Source: Rubripirellula sp.
GTDB taxonomy: Bacteria > Planctomycetota > Planctomycetia > Pirellulales > Pirellulaceae
Assembly: GCA_965216875.1 (NCBI GenBank)
Contig: OZ244207.1
Location: 2,528,001 to 2,592,000, forward strand
Length of the DNA stretch: 64,000 nt
Direction of reading: 5' to 3'
Shown: positions 1 to 9,703 of the stretch, in pieces
How the letters are laid out: every line of letters starts with the position of its first letter
How positions within the stretch are numbered: the first letter of the stretch is position 1
Notes under the pieces: generated by a model
Seen by the model: the letters and a program-made list of their open reading frames with translations, nothing else
Told to the model about the DNA's origin: nothing
Databases searched by the model: none
Translations under genes and position numbers: made by a program

Positions 1-281
1 ACGCCGCTCGATACTGCACTGAGCGTTCGCAATGTGCTGCCCGTTTCGCTGGCGATCAATTGGGCCAAAGTCGTCTTCCCAGTTCCGGGAGGACCAAACA
101 GAATGATGGAACCCAGGCGGCCCGCCTCGATCATTCGCCGAAGCAGTTTGCCGTCTCCCAAAATATGTTGCTGGCCTACGTACTCGCCCAGCGACTGCGG
201 GCGCATACGAGCAGCTAGCGGCTGAGCACTTTGCAGATGATCCTCTTCGGCATCAGCAAACAGTGAACGAGTCTCTGCCAT
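1..281 (-). CDS. rarA: Replication-associated recombination protein A (RarA/MgsA AAA+ ATPase), 5' part only; runs off the window edge
   Basis: Manual translation of the minus strand from ATG at 281 gives [10 protein letters not shown]...[22 protein letters not shown]...[16 protein letters not shown]. This is the RarA N-terminal PLAxRMRP motif plus Walker A. It is absent from the ORF track because it is truncated. Confidence 0.92.
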   Translation of the reverse strand, partial: MAETRSLFADAEEDHLQSAQPLAARMRPQSLGEYVGQQHILGDGKLLRRMIEAGRLGSIILFGPPGTGKTTLAQLIASETGSTLRTLSAVSSG

Positions 282-313
282 TTTGTTTTGCATCCCTTTG
301 AGCGAACGACAAA

Positions 314-796
314 TTGCAAAAGTCGACCAAACGTCCACGCACCGTTGTGATCCTCTTTCTTTCCATTTTCGCCGTCATCATGTTGAGCATCTTTGCACGA
401 ATCGACAACTGGCGAAGAGATTGGACCGAAAACTCGGCAGCCTTGGAACCAGACCATTCTGATCCGTCACTGCGTCCGCTACTGCTCGACGCCAATTCGG
501 CCGCCATCACCGAGTTCCTTGCCGCCTGGGCGGGCGACCAAAAACAGTGGGATTTGCAATCACAATCGGAAATCGACGGAACCATCCAGATACACCTCAC
601 GCGGACCACAAAGATGCTGGGGTTTGTCGATGACGTTCAAATCGAACTCAAACACGCCGATCAAAAAACGGCGTTCCATGCCGAGAGCCAATCTCGGGTC
701 GGCAAGGGCGACCTTGGCCAAAACCCACGGAATTTGAAAGAATTGGTCACCGCGGTCTCAGCCAAATTCGCGACCGACAAGCCAACGGACGACTGA
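314..796 (+). CDS. DUF1499-family membrane-anchored protein
   Basis: N-terminal TM helix; motifs LGFVDDV and [17 protein letters not shown] typical of DUF1499. Confidence 0.8.
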   Translation: MQKSTKRPRTVVILFLSIFAVIMLSIFARIDNWRRDWTENSAALEPDHSDPSLRPLLLDANSAAITEFLAAWAGDQKQWDLQSQSEIDGTIQIHLTRTTKMLGFVDDVQIELKHADQKTAFHAESQSRVGKGDLGQNPRNLKELVTAVSAKFATDKPTDD

Positions 797-894
797 GAGG
801 GCCCACTGACTGGCCCAGTACGAAAGAATCAGTATTTCGCTGGCTTGGCTATCTTTCGCATAATTCCATTCACCTCTCGCAACAGGATGGAATC

Positions 895-1779
895 ATGCAG
901 CACCAACAACTCAACCCAGAAGAATGGCTCGGGCGACGTCTTGGACGTTACGAAATCACGGGCGTCCTGGGTACGGGCGGCAAGGGGCTGGTCTTCCGCG
1001 CCCACGACACATCGATTGAGCGCGACGTTGCAATCAAGGTGTTGACCGACCAATTGCTGACCGACGAAACCGAACGGTCGCGATTCATTTCCGAAGCCAA
1101 GAGTGCCGGAAAGGTCAAACACACCAACACCGTCACTGTGCATGAGATCGCTCAAGAAGGTGCCTTTTGGTACATCGTGATGGAGGTTGTCGCCGGCGGC
1201 AGCGCAAATGACCGACTCGCTCGCGGCCAAGCCTACGATCCCGCCGATGCAACGCGGATGGCGATCGAAGCGAGTCTCGGACTCAGCGCCGCTCATCAAC
1301 AAGGGTTCGTCCATCGCGACATCAACCCCTCCAATCTTCTGCTCACCGACGATGGGCGGGTGAAGGTGTCTGATTTCCGGCTCGCGAAAAAAACGACATC
1401 GACGACCACCACCACCCTGCAGAACTTGACGCTCGCTGGCCAGCTGATCGGAACGCCCTACTACATGAGCCCCGAGCAATGCGAAGGGGAAAAGGTCGAT
1501 GCGCGAGGTGACATTTACTCACTTGGCGCGACTTACTTTGCCTTGCTAGCCGGCCAGCCACCTTTCGCTGATCTCTCTAGCGATCTGCAAATCATGGTCG
1601 CTCACAGTAGCTACGAACGGCCGAGCCCCGTCGCAGTAAACCCCGATGTTCCCGATGCTTGCGCCCAAATCATTGAGCAGGCAATGGCCATCGATCCGGA
1701 CCAACGGTACCAGACGATGGAAGAAATGCGGGGCGATCTCGAGGCGGTTCACGAGGCACTGGCGGCCGGATACGTCTAG
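895..1779 (+). CDS. Stand-alone Hanks-type Ser/Thr kinase domain with degenerate catalytic motifs (possible pseudokinase or decaying gene)
   Basis: GTGGKG, VAIK, HRDINPSN (Lys to Asn), DFR instead of DFG, GTPYYMSPEQ, DIYSLG; ORF stops right after the kinase domain. Confidence 0.85.
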   Translation: MQHQQLNPEEWLGRRLGRYEITGVLGTGGKGLVFRAHDTSIERDVAIKVLTDQLLTDETERSRFISEAKSAGKVKHTNTVTVHEIAQEGAFWYIVMEVVAGGSANDRLARGQAYDPADATRMAIEASLGLSAAHQQGFVHRDINPSNLLLTDDGRVKVSDFRLAKKTTSTTTTTLQNLTLAGQLIGTPYYMSPEQCEGEKVDARGDIYSLGATYFALLAGQPPFADLSSDLQIMVAHSSYERPSPVAVNPDVPDACAQIIEQAMAIDPDQRYQTMEEMRGDLEAVHEALAAGYV

Positions 1780-1951
1780 CAACCAGGTTGTGATGGTTGA
1801 ACGTCACCGCTCGGCATACTCTCGAACTCTCGTCTTGGCCCCGATCGGGTGACTTTACTATTGTCCCTCTTAGAATGCACCGGTTGCCAGCCTTGAGGCT
1901 CGCCGTCGGTGCGCGAGATCAGTGGATGGATCCACAGCTCAGAGGGAACGG

Positions 1952-3505
1952 ATGGCCAAGCGAAGAAAACCAAGACGCGCCGACGGATGTGCTCCGATCG
2001 AACAGGCTCAAGCCATCCTTGTGCACGGTACCTTCGCAAGCAGCGAGGAAGATTCCGGCGACGCTTGGTGGCAATCAGGCAGCCCGGTTGCTCAAAAACT
2101 ACAAACCCTTGTCCCGTTTTTTGTGAAAGTGGCTGACAAGGGCAACGTCTTTCATTGGTCGGGCGAAAACAGCGACCGAGCACGCAGCAAGGCCGCAGCC
2201 AAACTCTTACGCAAACTGCAAACGCTCGAAGAAGAAGGCCAGGACTATCATCTCGTCGGCCACAGTCATGGCGGATCGGTGATTTGGAATGCGTTGCAGA
2301 TGTCCGTGCTGCTAAAACGCCCGCTCAAACACCTGCAAAGCTGGACGACGATTGGCACGCCGTTCATGCAACATCGCAGTCGCGGAAAAATGAACGTGAT
2401 GAACATCGCAGGTCTCTTACTGGGCCTGCTGTTGCTTTGGCCAGCCTTTGCGGCGCCGCGCCAACTGGTCACCGAACTGACGCACATCGCCACCGACACT
2501 CGAAAGCCCTTGACACTCAAGCCCGACGATCAAGTCGGCTACACGCACATCGTGCGTGCTCCAGTCCTCGCGACCGTGGAATGGATGGGGGTCGACGTCG
2601 AGCGCGGCCCGGACGGTGTCGTTGTTGGCGGGTTCGATCCCAAAGGCGACACAACGCTTGCTCGCTATTACCTCGCGACCCCAGAGGGCTTGTTCCTGCT
2701 GGTTCTTCTCGCGGGAATCTCGTACCTGTTCATTCACGCGAGTGTCTACTGCATCAGTCCGGCGATCGAATCGTTTCGGATACGCATCGAGAATCGCTTG
2801 CGTCGCAAGACGTTCGAAACATACGGAGAAAGGTGGCTGGGAATCTGGTCGCCGGAAGACGAAGCGATCAATGGGTTGCGTGCCACGCTTGATATGTCCG
2901 TTTCGTTCCTGAGCAAGATGGCGCCAAGCGAAGTGGTCTACTTGTCCGACATCATTGGCTTGCTCTCGCGACCCTACTATTGGGTTTTTGCTCCGATCTA
3001 CAATCGCCTCATCCACCCGGCACTCGACAGCAAGATTCGAAATATCGTCGTTCGCGCGGCTCAGGGTAGCGACCGCCCCACTGCGACACTCGTCGACGTG
3101 ATGCCCTACCCGGTCGAACTCGAAGAAGTCACGCCTCAAGCGATTCCATCGCTCTTGAATATCAAGCTGCTCTCCTACGCCAACAAGAACGCTCATGGTC
3201 TGGTTCCCAAACTACGGAACCTGATCGCGACGCCCTCGTTCACATCAAGCCTCGAGCAATTTGGAAAACAGCTCACCGGCAAAGAGCTGGTCCACACCGC
3301 CTACTTCGACCTGGAAGAGATCTTGAAACTGATTGCAGCCAACATGGCGTGGCAATCGGAGGCGCTGGAGACTTCATCAAACCTTCGCGCGATGCCACCG
3401 TGGCTCAACAAGTGGTTCGTCGGCTTCAAACAGTCGCTCAGCGACGCCAGCCCCGTCGACGTCAACACGATACCGGCAGAACGCATCTATCGTAAAGCAA
3501 GCTAG
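1952..3505 (+). CDS. Membrane-associated alpha/beta-hydrolase (lipase/esterase-like)
   Basis: LVHGTF, FHWSGEN, nucleophile elbow GHSHGG, TIGTP, likely acid DEA and His VHTAY; two or three hydrophobic helices inside the fold. ATG 1952 preferred over GTG 1922. Confidence 0.7.
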   Translation: MAKRRKPRRADGCAPIEQAQAILVHGTFASSEEDSGDAWWQSGSPVAQKLQTLVPFFVKVADKGNVFHWSGENSDRARSKAAAKLLRKLQTLEEEGQDYHLVGHSHGGSVIWNALQMSVLLKRPLKHLQSWTTIGTPFMQHRSRGKMNVMNIAGLLLGLLLLWPAFAAPRQLVTELTHIATDTRKPLTLKPDDQVGYTHIVRAPVLATVEWMGVDVERGPDGVVVGGFDPKGDTTLARYYLATPEGLFLLVLLAGISYLFIHASVYCISPAIESFRIRIENRLRRKTFETYGERWLGIWSPEDEAINGLRATLDMSVSFLSKMAPSEVVYLSDIIGLLSRPYYWVFAPIYNRLIHPALDSKIRNIVVRAAQGSDRPTATLVDVMPYPVELEEVTPQAIPSLLNIKLLSYANKNAHGLVPKLRNLIATPSFTSSLEQFGKQLTGKELVHTAYFDLEEILKLIAANMAWQSEALETSSNLRAMPPWLNKWFVGFKQSLSDASPVDVNTIPAERIYRKAS

Positions 3506-3519
3506 CGCCTTGCCGCTCA

Positions 3520-3875
3520 CCTGTGAGCCGAACGCGCCAGCGTCGGGCCTTGCACTCGATTCCACGTTGTGCGGACGGATGTCATGCGGTGCATGACCTA
3601 CGAAGAGGACGCGGAGCGTCCGAAGCGTGCGTTACCACGCGGAGCGTCCAGAGTGCGTTACCACGCGGGGCGGGGTAACGAGGACGGGCCCAAGAGTGTT
3701 CGTAGTACCGAGCTCTAGGGGGAATCTTCTCATCTGCCGCCTAGTGGCGGGACTACCAACGGCGCTGACCACGCCGAGAGGCTGCGATTCTCTGCACCCC
3801 GAGCTTCAACATCGTCGCCTTTCGCTCCGCAAAAGTTGCGATTGCGGACGCTACTTTCGCGGAGCGAAAGGCGAC
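3520..3875. repeat. Mosaic of REP-like palindromic elements (five families)
   Basis: GTGAGCCGAACGCG..CGTCGGGCC (3523), GTCATGCGGTGCATGACCTAC (3581), GGACGCGGAGCGTCC/CGTTACCACGC palindromes (3607-3683), GTAGTACCGAGC..GGCGGGACTAC (3702-3756), and GTCGCCTTTCGCTCCGC..GCGGAGCGAAAGGCGAC (3814-3875). Each recurs elsewhere in the window. Confidence 0.85.
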
Positions 3876-3931
3876 ATTCAAAAACTCTGCCGAGCATGGC
3901 GACTCGCGTTGAGCCGTGTCACAATTAGTCC

Positions 3932-5956
3932 ATGACTGACCCCAAGGCTCGAGACGATCAGCGCCCCCAGGAGCAACGTGCGGACGAGCAGCCCGCGGAC
4001 GAATTCGCGACGCAGATTCCCGAGGGGAACGATACGGTAATCCCCGCTGACGATCACTCCACAGTCGATCTGCCCGATCGCAGGCCCCCGATCAGCTCGG
4101 CTCCGATCAATGCGCCCCCGAAGCCAAACCGCTACGACGCCCTGGTGCGTGGCGATCAAATTGGCGATTTTCGCATTCAGCGTTTGCTCGGTCGTGGGAG
4201 TTTTGGCGCGGTCTACCTTGCCCGCGAACTCATGCTTGATCGTCTTGTCGCTTTGAAGGTCGTCCTTCCTGAAGGTCAACGGGCCAGTGACGGTGAGGGT
4301 CGCAATCTTGCGCGCCTAAAACACCCAAACATCGTTGGCGTCTACGGCGAATCAAAAGACAACACCAGTGGCTGCTCACTTCTTTGGATGCAGTTTGTCG
4401 ACGGCAGTAATCTGGCCGCCCTGATCGACCGTTTGCACGGCGGCAGCACACATTCGACGTGGAGCGAGAATGACCTGCGGCGTTTGATGCCCAGTGATCC
4501 AGACAAGCTCGATGACGAAGGCGACACGGTGCGTTCGACGGAAAGCGTGTGCCGGATGGGCCAGAATCTTGCCGACGCGCTCGACCACGCGCACCAAAAA
4601 GGGATCACCCATCGCGACATCAAGCCGGCGAACATCTTGGTTGATCAAGATGGAACGGCACTGCTTGCCGATTTTAACCTTGCTCAGGAAACGGAAGCCT
4701 CTTCAAAGAGTGCTGGGGGAACGATCGCCTACATGGCTCCCGAACAGCTGGCGCGCGTGATCGATCGCGAAAGCGATACAGAAGTTGGACCACGCAGCGA
4801 TGTTTACGCTCTGGGCGTTGTTCTCTGGGAACTTGCCAGCGGCTCGCGGCCTTACGAATCGCTCGAAAGCGATGTTGTAGCCAAAGGCCACCAGCGACTC
4901 AGCGAGTACCTTCGGATCCGAAGTGGCATGGTCGAACTTGATGCCTCGTCGTTGCCAATTGGGCTGGCCGTCGTGCTTCGCCGTGCCGTAATGCCCGAGC
5001 CGTGCAAACGTTACCCTTCGGCCGCTGCACTCGCCACGGCACTCCGAGGACTCGAGCAGCAACAACAAGCCAAACGCAAATCACTTGAGTGTTCGCCAAC
5101 GTCAACGTGGATCCAGCGAAACCTGTTCTGGATCATCTTGGTCGGCGGACTCTTGCCCCACTTCGCCGCCAGCTTCTTTCAGATCGCGTACAACAATGCC
5201 TGGATCACTGGGATGAACCAGGAGGCGTTTCAGAAAGCGTTCATCACGTACAACATCATCATCTACCCAGCCTGCATCACTTGGCTTGCATGGATGCTTC
5301 TGCAGTTTCGTTCTGGATATCGAAAGCTGACCAATCACATCCCCCTGACGCGATCGCGACTGAGGCGTTTGCGGCGTCGACTGTTGAGTTTGCCGCAGCA
5401 ATTCATGATCGTGTCGGCCGTTGGATGGTTTCCTGGCGCGCTTTTGTTTTCCTACCTCGTCGGCCTTTTCGATGGCAAACCGTTGTCAATGGAAGACAAG
5501 TTTCACTTCTTCGTCTCATGGACCGTCGCAGGATTGATCGCAACGACCTACTCCTACTTCGCCGTGTTGTATTTGGTTGTCTGTCACGGATATGGGAATT
5601 GTTGGCAAACGGCAACGCGATATAAAGATCGTGTGCGCAGCGAGCTCTCGGGAATGGAGCCACGGATTGGCATGCTTGCCATTGTCGCCGGGACGCTCCC
5701 CCTTGCCGCGGCTGTTCTGTTGTCGATGATCAACCTGCCCAGCTACAGCGACATCGAGTCAATGAAGAACGTCATTCTCAATATGCCGTCCGAGGAAGCC
5801 GCTGAAATCGTTGGCCACCGTGGGATCCAAATCCAAAGGCTAACCCAATTGGTCATTGCACTGATCGTGTTCGGAGTGATCGGCCTTTACGCGGTCAACA
5901 AGTTCGCGACACGAATCACGCGAACCATCCGCGCCCTAGCACTACTCGACCGTTGA
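3932..5956 (+). CDS. Ser/Thr protein kinase with C-terminal polytopic membrane domain
   Basis: GRGSFG, VALK, HRDIKPAN, DFN, GTIAYMAPEQ, SDVYALG; about six hydrophobic helices after residue ~395. Confidence 0.9.
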   Translation: MTDPKARDDQRPQEQRADEQPADEFATQIPEGNDTVIPADDHSTVDLPDRRPPISSAPINAPPKPNRYDALVRGDQIGDFRIQRLLGRGSFGAVYLARELMLDRLVALKVVLPEGQRASDGEGRNLARLKHPNIVGVYGESKDNTSGCSLLWMQFVDGSNLAALIDRLHGGSTHSTWSENDLRRLMPSDPDKLDDEGDTVRSTESVCRMGQNLADALDHAHQKGITHRDIKPANILVDQDGTALLADFNLAQETEASSKSAGGTIAYMAPEQLARVIDRESDTEVGPRSDVYALGVVLWELASGSRPYESLESDVVAKGHQRLSEYLRIRSGMVELDASSLPIGLAVVLRRAVMPEPCKRYPSAAALATALRGLEQQQQAKRKSLECSPTSTWIQRNLFWIILVGGLLPHFAASFFQIAYNNAWITGMNQEAFQKAFITYNIIIYPACITWLAWMLLQFRSGYRKLTNHIPLTRSRLRRLRRRLLSLPQQFMIVSAVGWFPGALLFSYLVGLFDGKPLSMEDKFHFFVSWTVAGLIATTYSYFAVLYLVVCHGYGNCWQTATRYKDRVRSELSGMEPRIGMLAIVAGTLPLAAAVLLSMINLPSYSDIESMKNVILNMPSEEAAEIVGHRGIQIQRLTQLVIALIVFGVIGLYAVNKFATRITRTIRALALLDR

Positions 5957-5961
5957 CAAAA

Positions 5962-6247
5962 GTAGGTCATGCTGTGCATGACACCCGCCTATTGTCATAC
6001 AACGAACCGTCATTCCTGCTGACCGGTGAGCCGAACGCGCTAGCGTCGGGCCTTACGCTCAATTCCGCGTCATGCGGATACGTGTCATGCCGAACCGTCA
6101 TTCCTGCTGACCTGTGAGCCGAACGCGCTAGCGTCGGGCCTTACCTCGATTCCGCGTGATGCGGATACGTGTCATGCGGAGCATGACCTACGAAGAGGAC
6201 GCGGAGCGTCCAAAGAGTGCGTTACCACGCGGAGCGTGGTAACGAGG
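5962..6247. repeat. REP/REPIN mosaic with an 88-bp tandem duplication
   Basis: GTAGGTCATGC..GCATGAC (5962) is inverted relative to GTCATGC..GCATGACCTAC (6171). Units 6003-6090 and 6091-6177 are near identical. 6111-6247 matches 3520-3683. Confidence 0.88.
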
Positions 6248-6254
6248 TCAGAGG

Positions 6255-6842
6255 TCAGCGAATGGGTATTGGCGCCGTTGTCGTCGGAAGTCTTCGCAGA
6301 TTCCAGCTGCCTGGGATATCGGGCGAATAGACCAAAAGCGCGTCCTCGCGAATCATGAGCCGCTGTTGATCGCTAAGTGGTGGAGCGACGCGAATCGGCG
6401 ACTTCACAAGGAAAGCCAGAGTCTTGTTGGCGAGACGTTTGACCAACTCCTCTTCACTCAGCTGATCGCCTTCAAGCGTCCAGGCCGCGATTTTGAACAG
6501 CGGTAAGGTCAATTCCATTGGCTTGGCTTCGAGCGATCGCTGGACGACCTCTTCGGTGTAGGGCATAGCGACTATGTAAGTTTGCTCCTCTTCCTTTCCA
6601 TCCTTCAACACCGTGCGTGTCCGTTTTTCCTTGCGCACCTTTACGACCGAAACGGTCTTCTCCACCGATTCAGCGCGGTTCCAGCGGATCACAGTCGACG
6701 CAACTTCCTCGTCTGCGGCTGGTTCAAGGACAGCAACATCATTGAGCGTGAACGGAAGCTCCTCAGCCGCAAAAGCTGAACTTGTTGTCGCGATACTCGC
6801 CAGCATCACCGCTCCCGCGAGAGAGGCTTTCCGAAGCCTCAT
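6255..6842 (-). CDS. Secreted hypothetical protein (planctomycete-type)
   Basis: Signal peptide MRLRKASLAGAVMLASIATTSSAFA; beta-rich RTRTV..GKEEEQTY.V..PYTE segment. The start could alternatively be 6929. Confidence 0.65.
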   Translation of the reverse strand: MRLRKASLAGAVMLASIATTSSAFAAEELPFTLNDVAVLEPAADEEVASTVIRWNRAESVEKTVSVVKVRKEKRTRTVLKDGKEEEQTYIVAMPYTEEVVQRSLEAKPMELTLPLFKIAAWTLEGDQLSEEELVKRLANKTLAFLVKSPIRVAPPLSDQQRLMIREDALLVYSPDIPGSWNLRRLPTTTAPIPIR

Positions 6843-7218
6843 CAAAACACTGCGCTGCCCATTCACTGCACTGCGCTGCGTGATCACTGCCCTGCGCTGT
6901 GCCGAGCGCACCTTCCATAAAGCTCGCATGCCTATTACCCCAATATGCGTGTTTGGTGAGCAGAAGAGAAATGCAGTCTACGGGCTTGCCGTGAGCGGGG
7001 CAAACACTGCACAGACCCTCATCCAGTTCCAGCTGTGTCGATTGGTGCAGTTTTGTCGATCTTTTCGCAGCCGGCGCGCCCGGACGAAATCAGTTTTGGG
7101 GCCTAAGTCAGAGACAATTCCGCCGACACCTCATTCCACGGTCTTGAACGCACGCGTGACAGATCATAATGGGAGTGTGCATTCGATTTGCAAGAGATTC
7201 CAAACAACAGAGACGTAA

Positions 7219-8529
7219 ATGGCTGTCCCACATTGGTCCATAGAAGTCCTCCGCCGCGGCATCAGCGACGCAGCTCGGAAGGCCAGCGACCCTCAGACCC
7301 TTGCAAAGCTGAAGACCCAAGCCACCGAGTTGTTGCAAGAGATCCCTGACACAGCGGCACGCGGGATCGACACAGTGATGCGCAGCGCCGAGTCGGGCAA
7401 GAACGCTGTCCAGCGCTGGTCGCGAAAACACACCACGCTTGCCGTTCCCGCTTTGAACGCGAGCGGTGTCCTACTGGGCGAGGGAGGCATGGGTCTTCCC
7501 GTGGCTGATCAGATCGTCGAGATTGGGTGCGAGTTTTTGCATGGAGACGTGCTGGTCAACCAAGACATCGACGATCGAATCGCCAAACGCCTTGCCAAAC
7601 GCATTCCCGGTGGCGACCAAGTCGACATCGCGATCGCATCAAGTTTTCCTGCGGCCCTGTCGGCCTTTTCGTCGCTCGTCGAGTCGACTCCCTTGGTCAT
7701 TCATCGAAATCATGCCGTGCGTTTGCCAAATGGGTTGCCGCTGCCTGAGGCCTTTGGAACGTACTTGCCAGTGATTCAGGAAGTGGGTGCCGTCGGTCAT
7801 GTCGCTGCGACCGACTTTGATGGGCTTGATGAGTTCTGCGCTGTCCTCGCCGATGGTGGCTCGCGCGAAGTCGAACTACTCGAGCTTCCGGACCGCGAGT
7901 TCCTGCAGGCGGTCGTGCTGCCAGTGGGAACGGTCTCACAATCCTGCGTCGACGCGATTCCCTCAGCCGAAGCATTGATCTCGAAGGGAGCCGATTTTGT
8001 GATCCTGCCTGGTCGCGGAATCCTTGGTGGGCCAGATTGTGGCTTGGTGGTCGGTTCCAAAGAAGGCATCGCTCAGATCAAGTCGGCCGCCACTTGGCCG
8101 TCCCTTTCGGCAAGCGCTGCAACCACGGCGATGATGACCGTCGCACTCGAACTCGCGGGCGACTCAAGCACCAATCCTTGCCTTGGACTGATTGCGGCCA
8201 GCGAAGAGAACCTTCGTAGTCGCGCCGAACGAATGGCAACGCGTTTGACCGGCAGCGATTCGATTGCCAGCTGCCAGGTGACCGCCGATGATGCGCGCAT
8301 CACTCCGGATGGTCGCTGGCGGTTCCCGTCACGCCAACTACGAATTCGCCACGCCAACCAATCGGCGTCAGATTGGACCGAGAAACTGCAGGCAGACTAC
8401 CCCGCAGTCATGGCGGTTACCGATGGCGACGATCTGAAAATCGACCTCCGCTGGATCGCTGCCGCCGATGATGGCCGGTTGGCAACCGCGCTCGGATCAC
8501 CAAAGGCCGAGCCCGAATCGGACGCATAG
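7219..8529 (+). CDS. SelA-like (selenocysteine synthase fold) protein lacking the PLP-binding lysine
   Basis: Colinear degenerate SelA motifs LNASGVLL, IQEVG, GADFV.LPGRGILGGP.CGLVVG and C-terminal IDLRWI; extra helical N-terminal ~70 aa. Confidence 0.7.
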   Translation: MAVPHWSIEVLRRGISDAARKASDPQTLAKLKTQATELLQEIPDTAARGIDTVMRSAESGKNAVQRWSRKHTTLAVPALNASGVLLGEGGMGLPVADQIVEIGCEFLHGDVLVNQDIDDRIAKRLAKRIPGGDQVDIAIASSFPAALSAFSSLVESTPLVIHRNHAVRLPNGLPLPEAFGTYLPVIQEVGAVGHVAATDFDGLDEFCAVLADGGSREVELLELPDREFLQAVVLPVGTVSQSCVDAIPSAEALISKGADFVILPGRGILGGPDCGLVVGSKEGIAQIKSAATWPSLSASAATTAMMTVALELAGDSSTNPCLGLIAASEENLRSRAERMATRLTGSDSIASCQVTADDARITPDGRWRFPSRQLRIRHANQSASDWTEKLQADYPAVMAVTDGDDLKIDLRWIAAADDGRLATALGSPKAEPESDA

Positions 8530-8532
8530 GAT

Positions 8533-8627
8533 GTAGGGTGTGTGCTTGCACGCACCACTGCTCGATTACTGCCTGGTCGCATAGGAACCGCATGGAAAGT
8601 GTCGGTGCGTGCAAGCACACACCCTAC
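8533..8627. repeat. REPIN: perfect 24-bp inverted GTAG-type REP pair
   Basis: GTAGGGTGTGTGCTTGCACGCACC (8533-8556) and GGTGCGTGCAAGCACACACCCTAC (8604-8627); same family at 36832-36881. Confidence 0.9.
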
Positions 8628-8743
8628 GCCTACGCCGATTCTGGTAAACCTTGACGGTTGGGCTAATTATTCGGGCGTGAACCGACGATGCAAAACGATG
8701 TGCGTTACACCCATGTTGTTTCACGTCATTCTTCAGTCGAACC

Positions 8744-9697
8744 ATGCCCAGAAAAGAACCACAGGATGTGCGTCGCTACGTCGACATGTGGGCCTTGCCC
8801 GGGATCCATCCCAGCAACGTTGAATTGCTTCAAAAGCTGAAGACGGCCGACACCAACCACTTCACGACCCACATGGACACGGTCGGCACCGTCTCGACCC
8901 AGGACCAGGATTCGGGCAAGTGGGAAAAGACGCACCTGATTGGCGTCCGCACCGATATTTGGAAGCCCGATGCCGAAGAGATGGCCGATGCGCTTGACGC
9001 GATGCAGCACAAGCGACGCAAAGAGCTCAAACAAACGATCAAGAAGACCGGCAAGCTGAATCGCAAGCAGGAGAAACTGCTCGAAAACCAGCTCGAGGAC
9101 GACGACATCATGAAGATGCAGTCAGGCGAGATCGAGAAACGCCGCCTGGTGCTCAAACTCTTCAAAACGACTGGAACCCGTGTGCGTTGGTGCGGCACGA
9201 TCGAGCAAGTCACCACGACCGAAGTCCACAATTCGATCGGTTCCAAACGAAGTCTCTTGACGATGGTCGTGATGCTGCCTGGCAGCGACTTCGTGACCTA
9301 TATCCAACAGAATCATCGGACCTTTCGCATCCCGTCGGTCTTTACCTTTGGGTACTACGACGACGGACGCATGCACCATTTGATGCTAAAGCGTCGCTGG
9401 GTCTCGATCGGTGCCGATTTCGACGTCGAATGCGATGGGGAGAACATCGGCGAACTCGACGGACGCCTTTTTTCGTTCGGCTCTGACAGCTACATCGACC
9501 TCGACGCCCATCCGCTGACGGCCGACACGCAATTCGTCGATCTCGTGACGCTCTTTACCGCCACCTCGGGGTACCACCGAGCGATGCGACGCAGCGTCAA
9601 ACGCCGCGTCGAAGCGGCTCTTTCTGGGCAATCACATCGCCACATCATCGAAGACGAAGAATTGCGTCTCCGGCATAACGGCCGCGCCGCAGCCTAG
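8744..9697 (+). CDS. Conserved hypothetical protein, C-terminal region resembling LURP-one/scramblase (tubby-like) domain
   Basis: 317-aa ORF with native-looking codon usage; C-terminal RRWVSIGADFDV...IGELDGRLFSFGSDSYIDL pattern. Confidence 0.6.
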   Translation: MPRKEPQDVRRYVDMWALPGIHPSNVELLQKLKTADTNHFTTHMDTVGTVSTQDQDSGKWEKTHLIGVRTDIWKPDAEEMADALDAMQHKRRKELKQTIKKTGKLNRKQEKLLENQLEDDDIMKMQSGEIEKRRLVLKLFKTTGTRVRWCGTIEQVTTTEVHNSIGSKRSLLTMVVMLPGSDFVTYIQQNHRTFRIPSVFTFGYYDDGRMHHLMLKRRWVSIGADFDVECDGENIGELDGRLFSFGSDSYIDLDAHPLTADTQFVDLVTLFTATSGYHRAMRRSVKRRVEAALSGQSHRHIIEDEELRLRHNGRAAA

Positions 9698-9703
9698 GCC
9701 CTT

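Noticed and set aside
7219..8529. Calling this gene selA and inferring selenocysteine recoding
   Set aside because: The catalytic Lys is missing, no selB/selC/selD is seen, and I found no ORF needing UGA readthrough.
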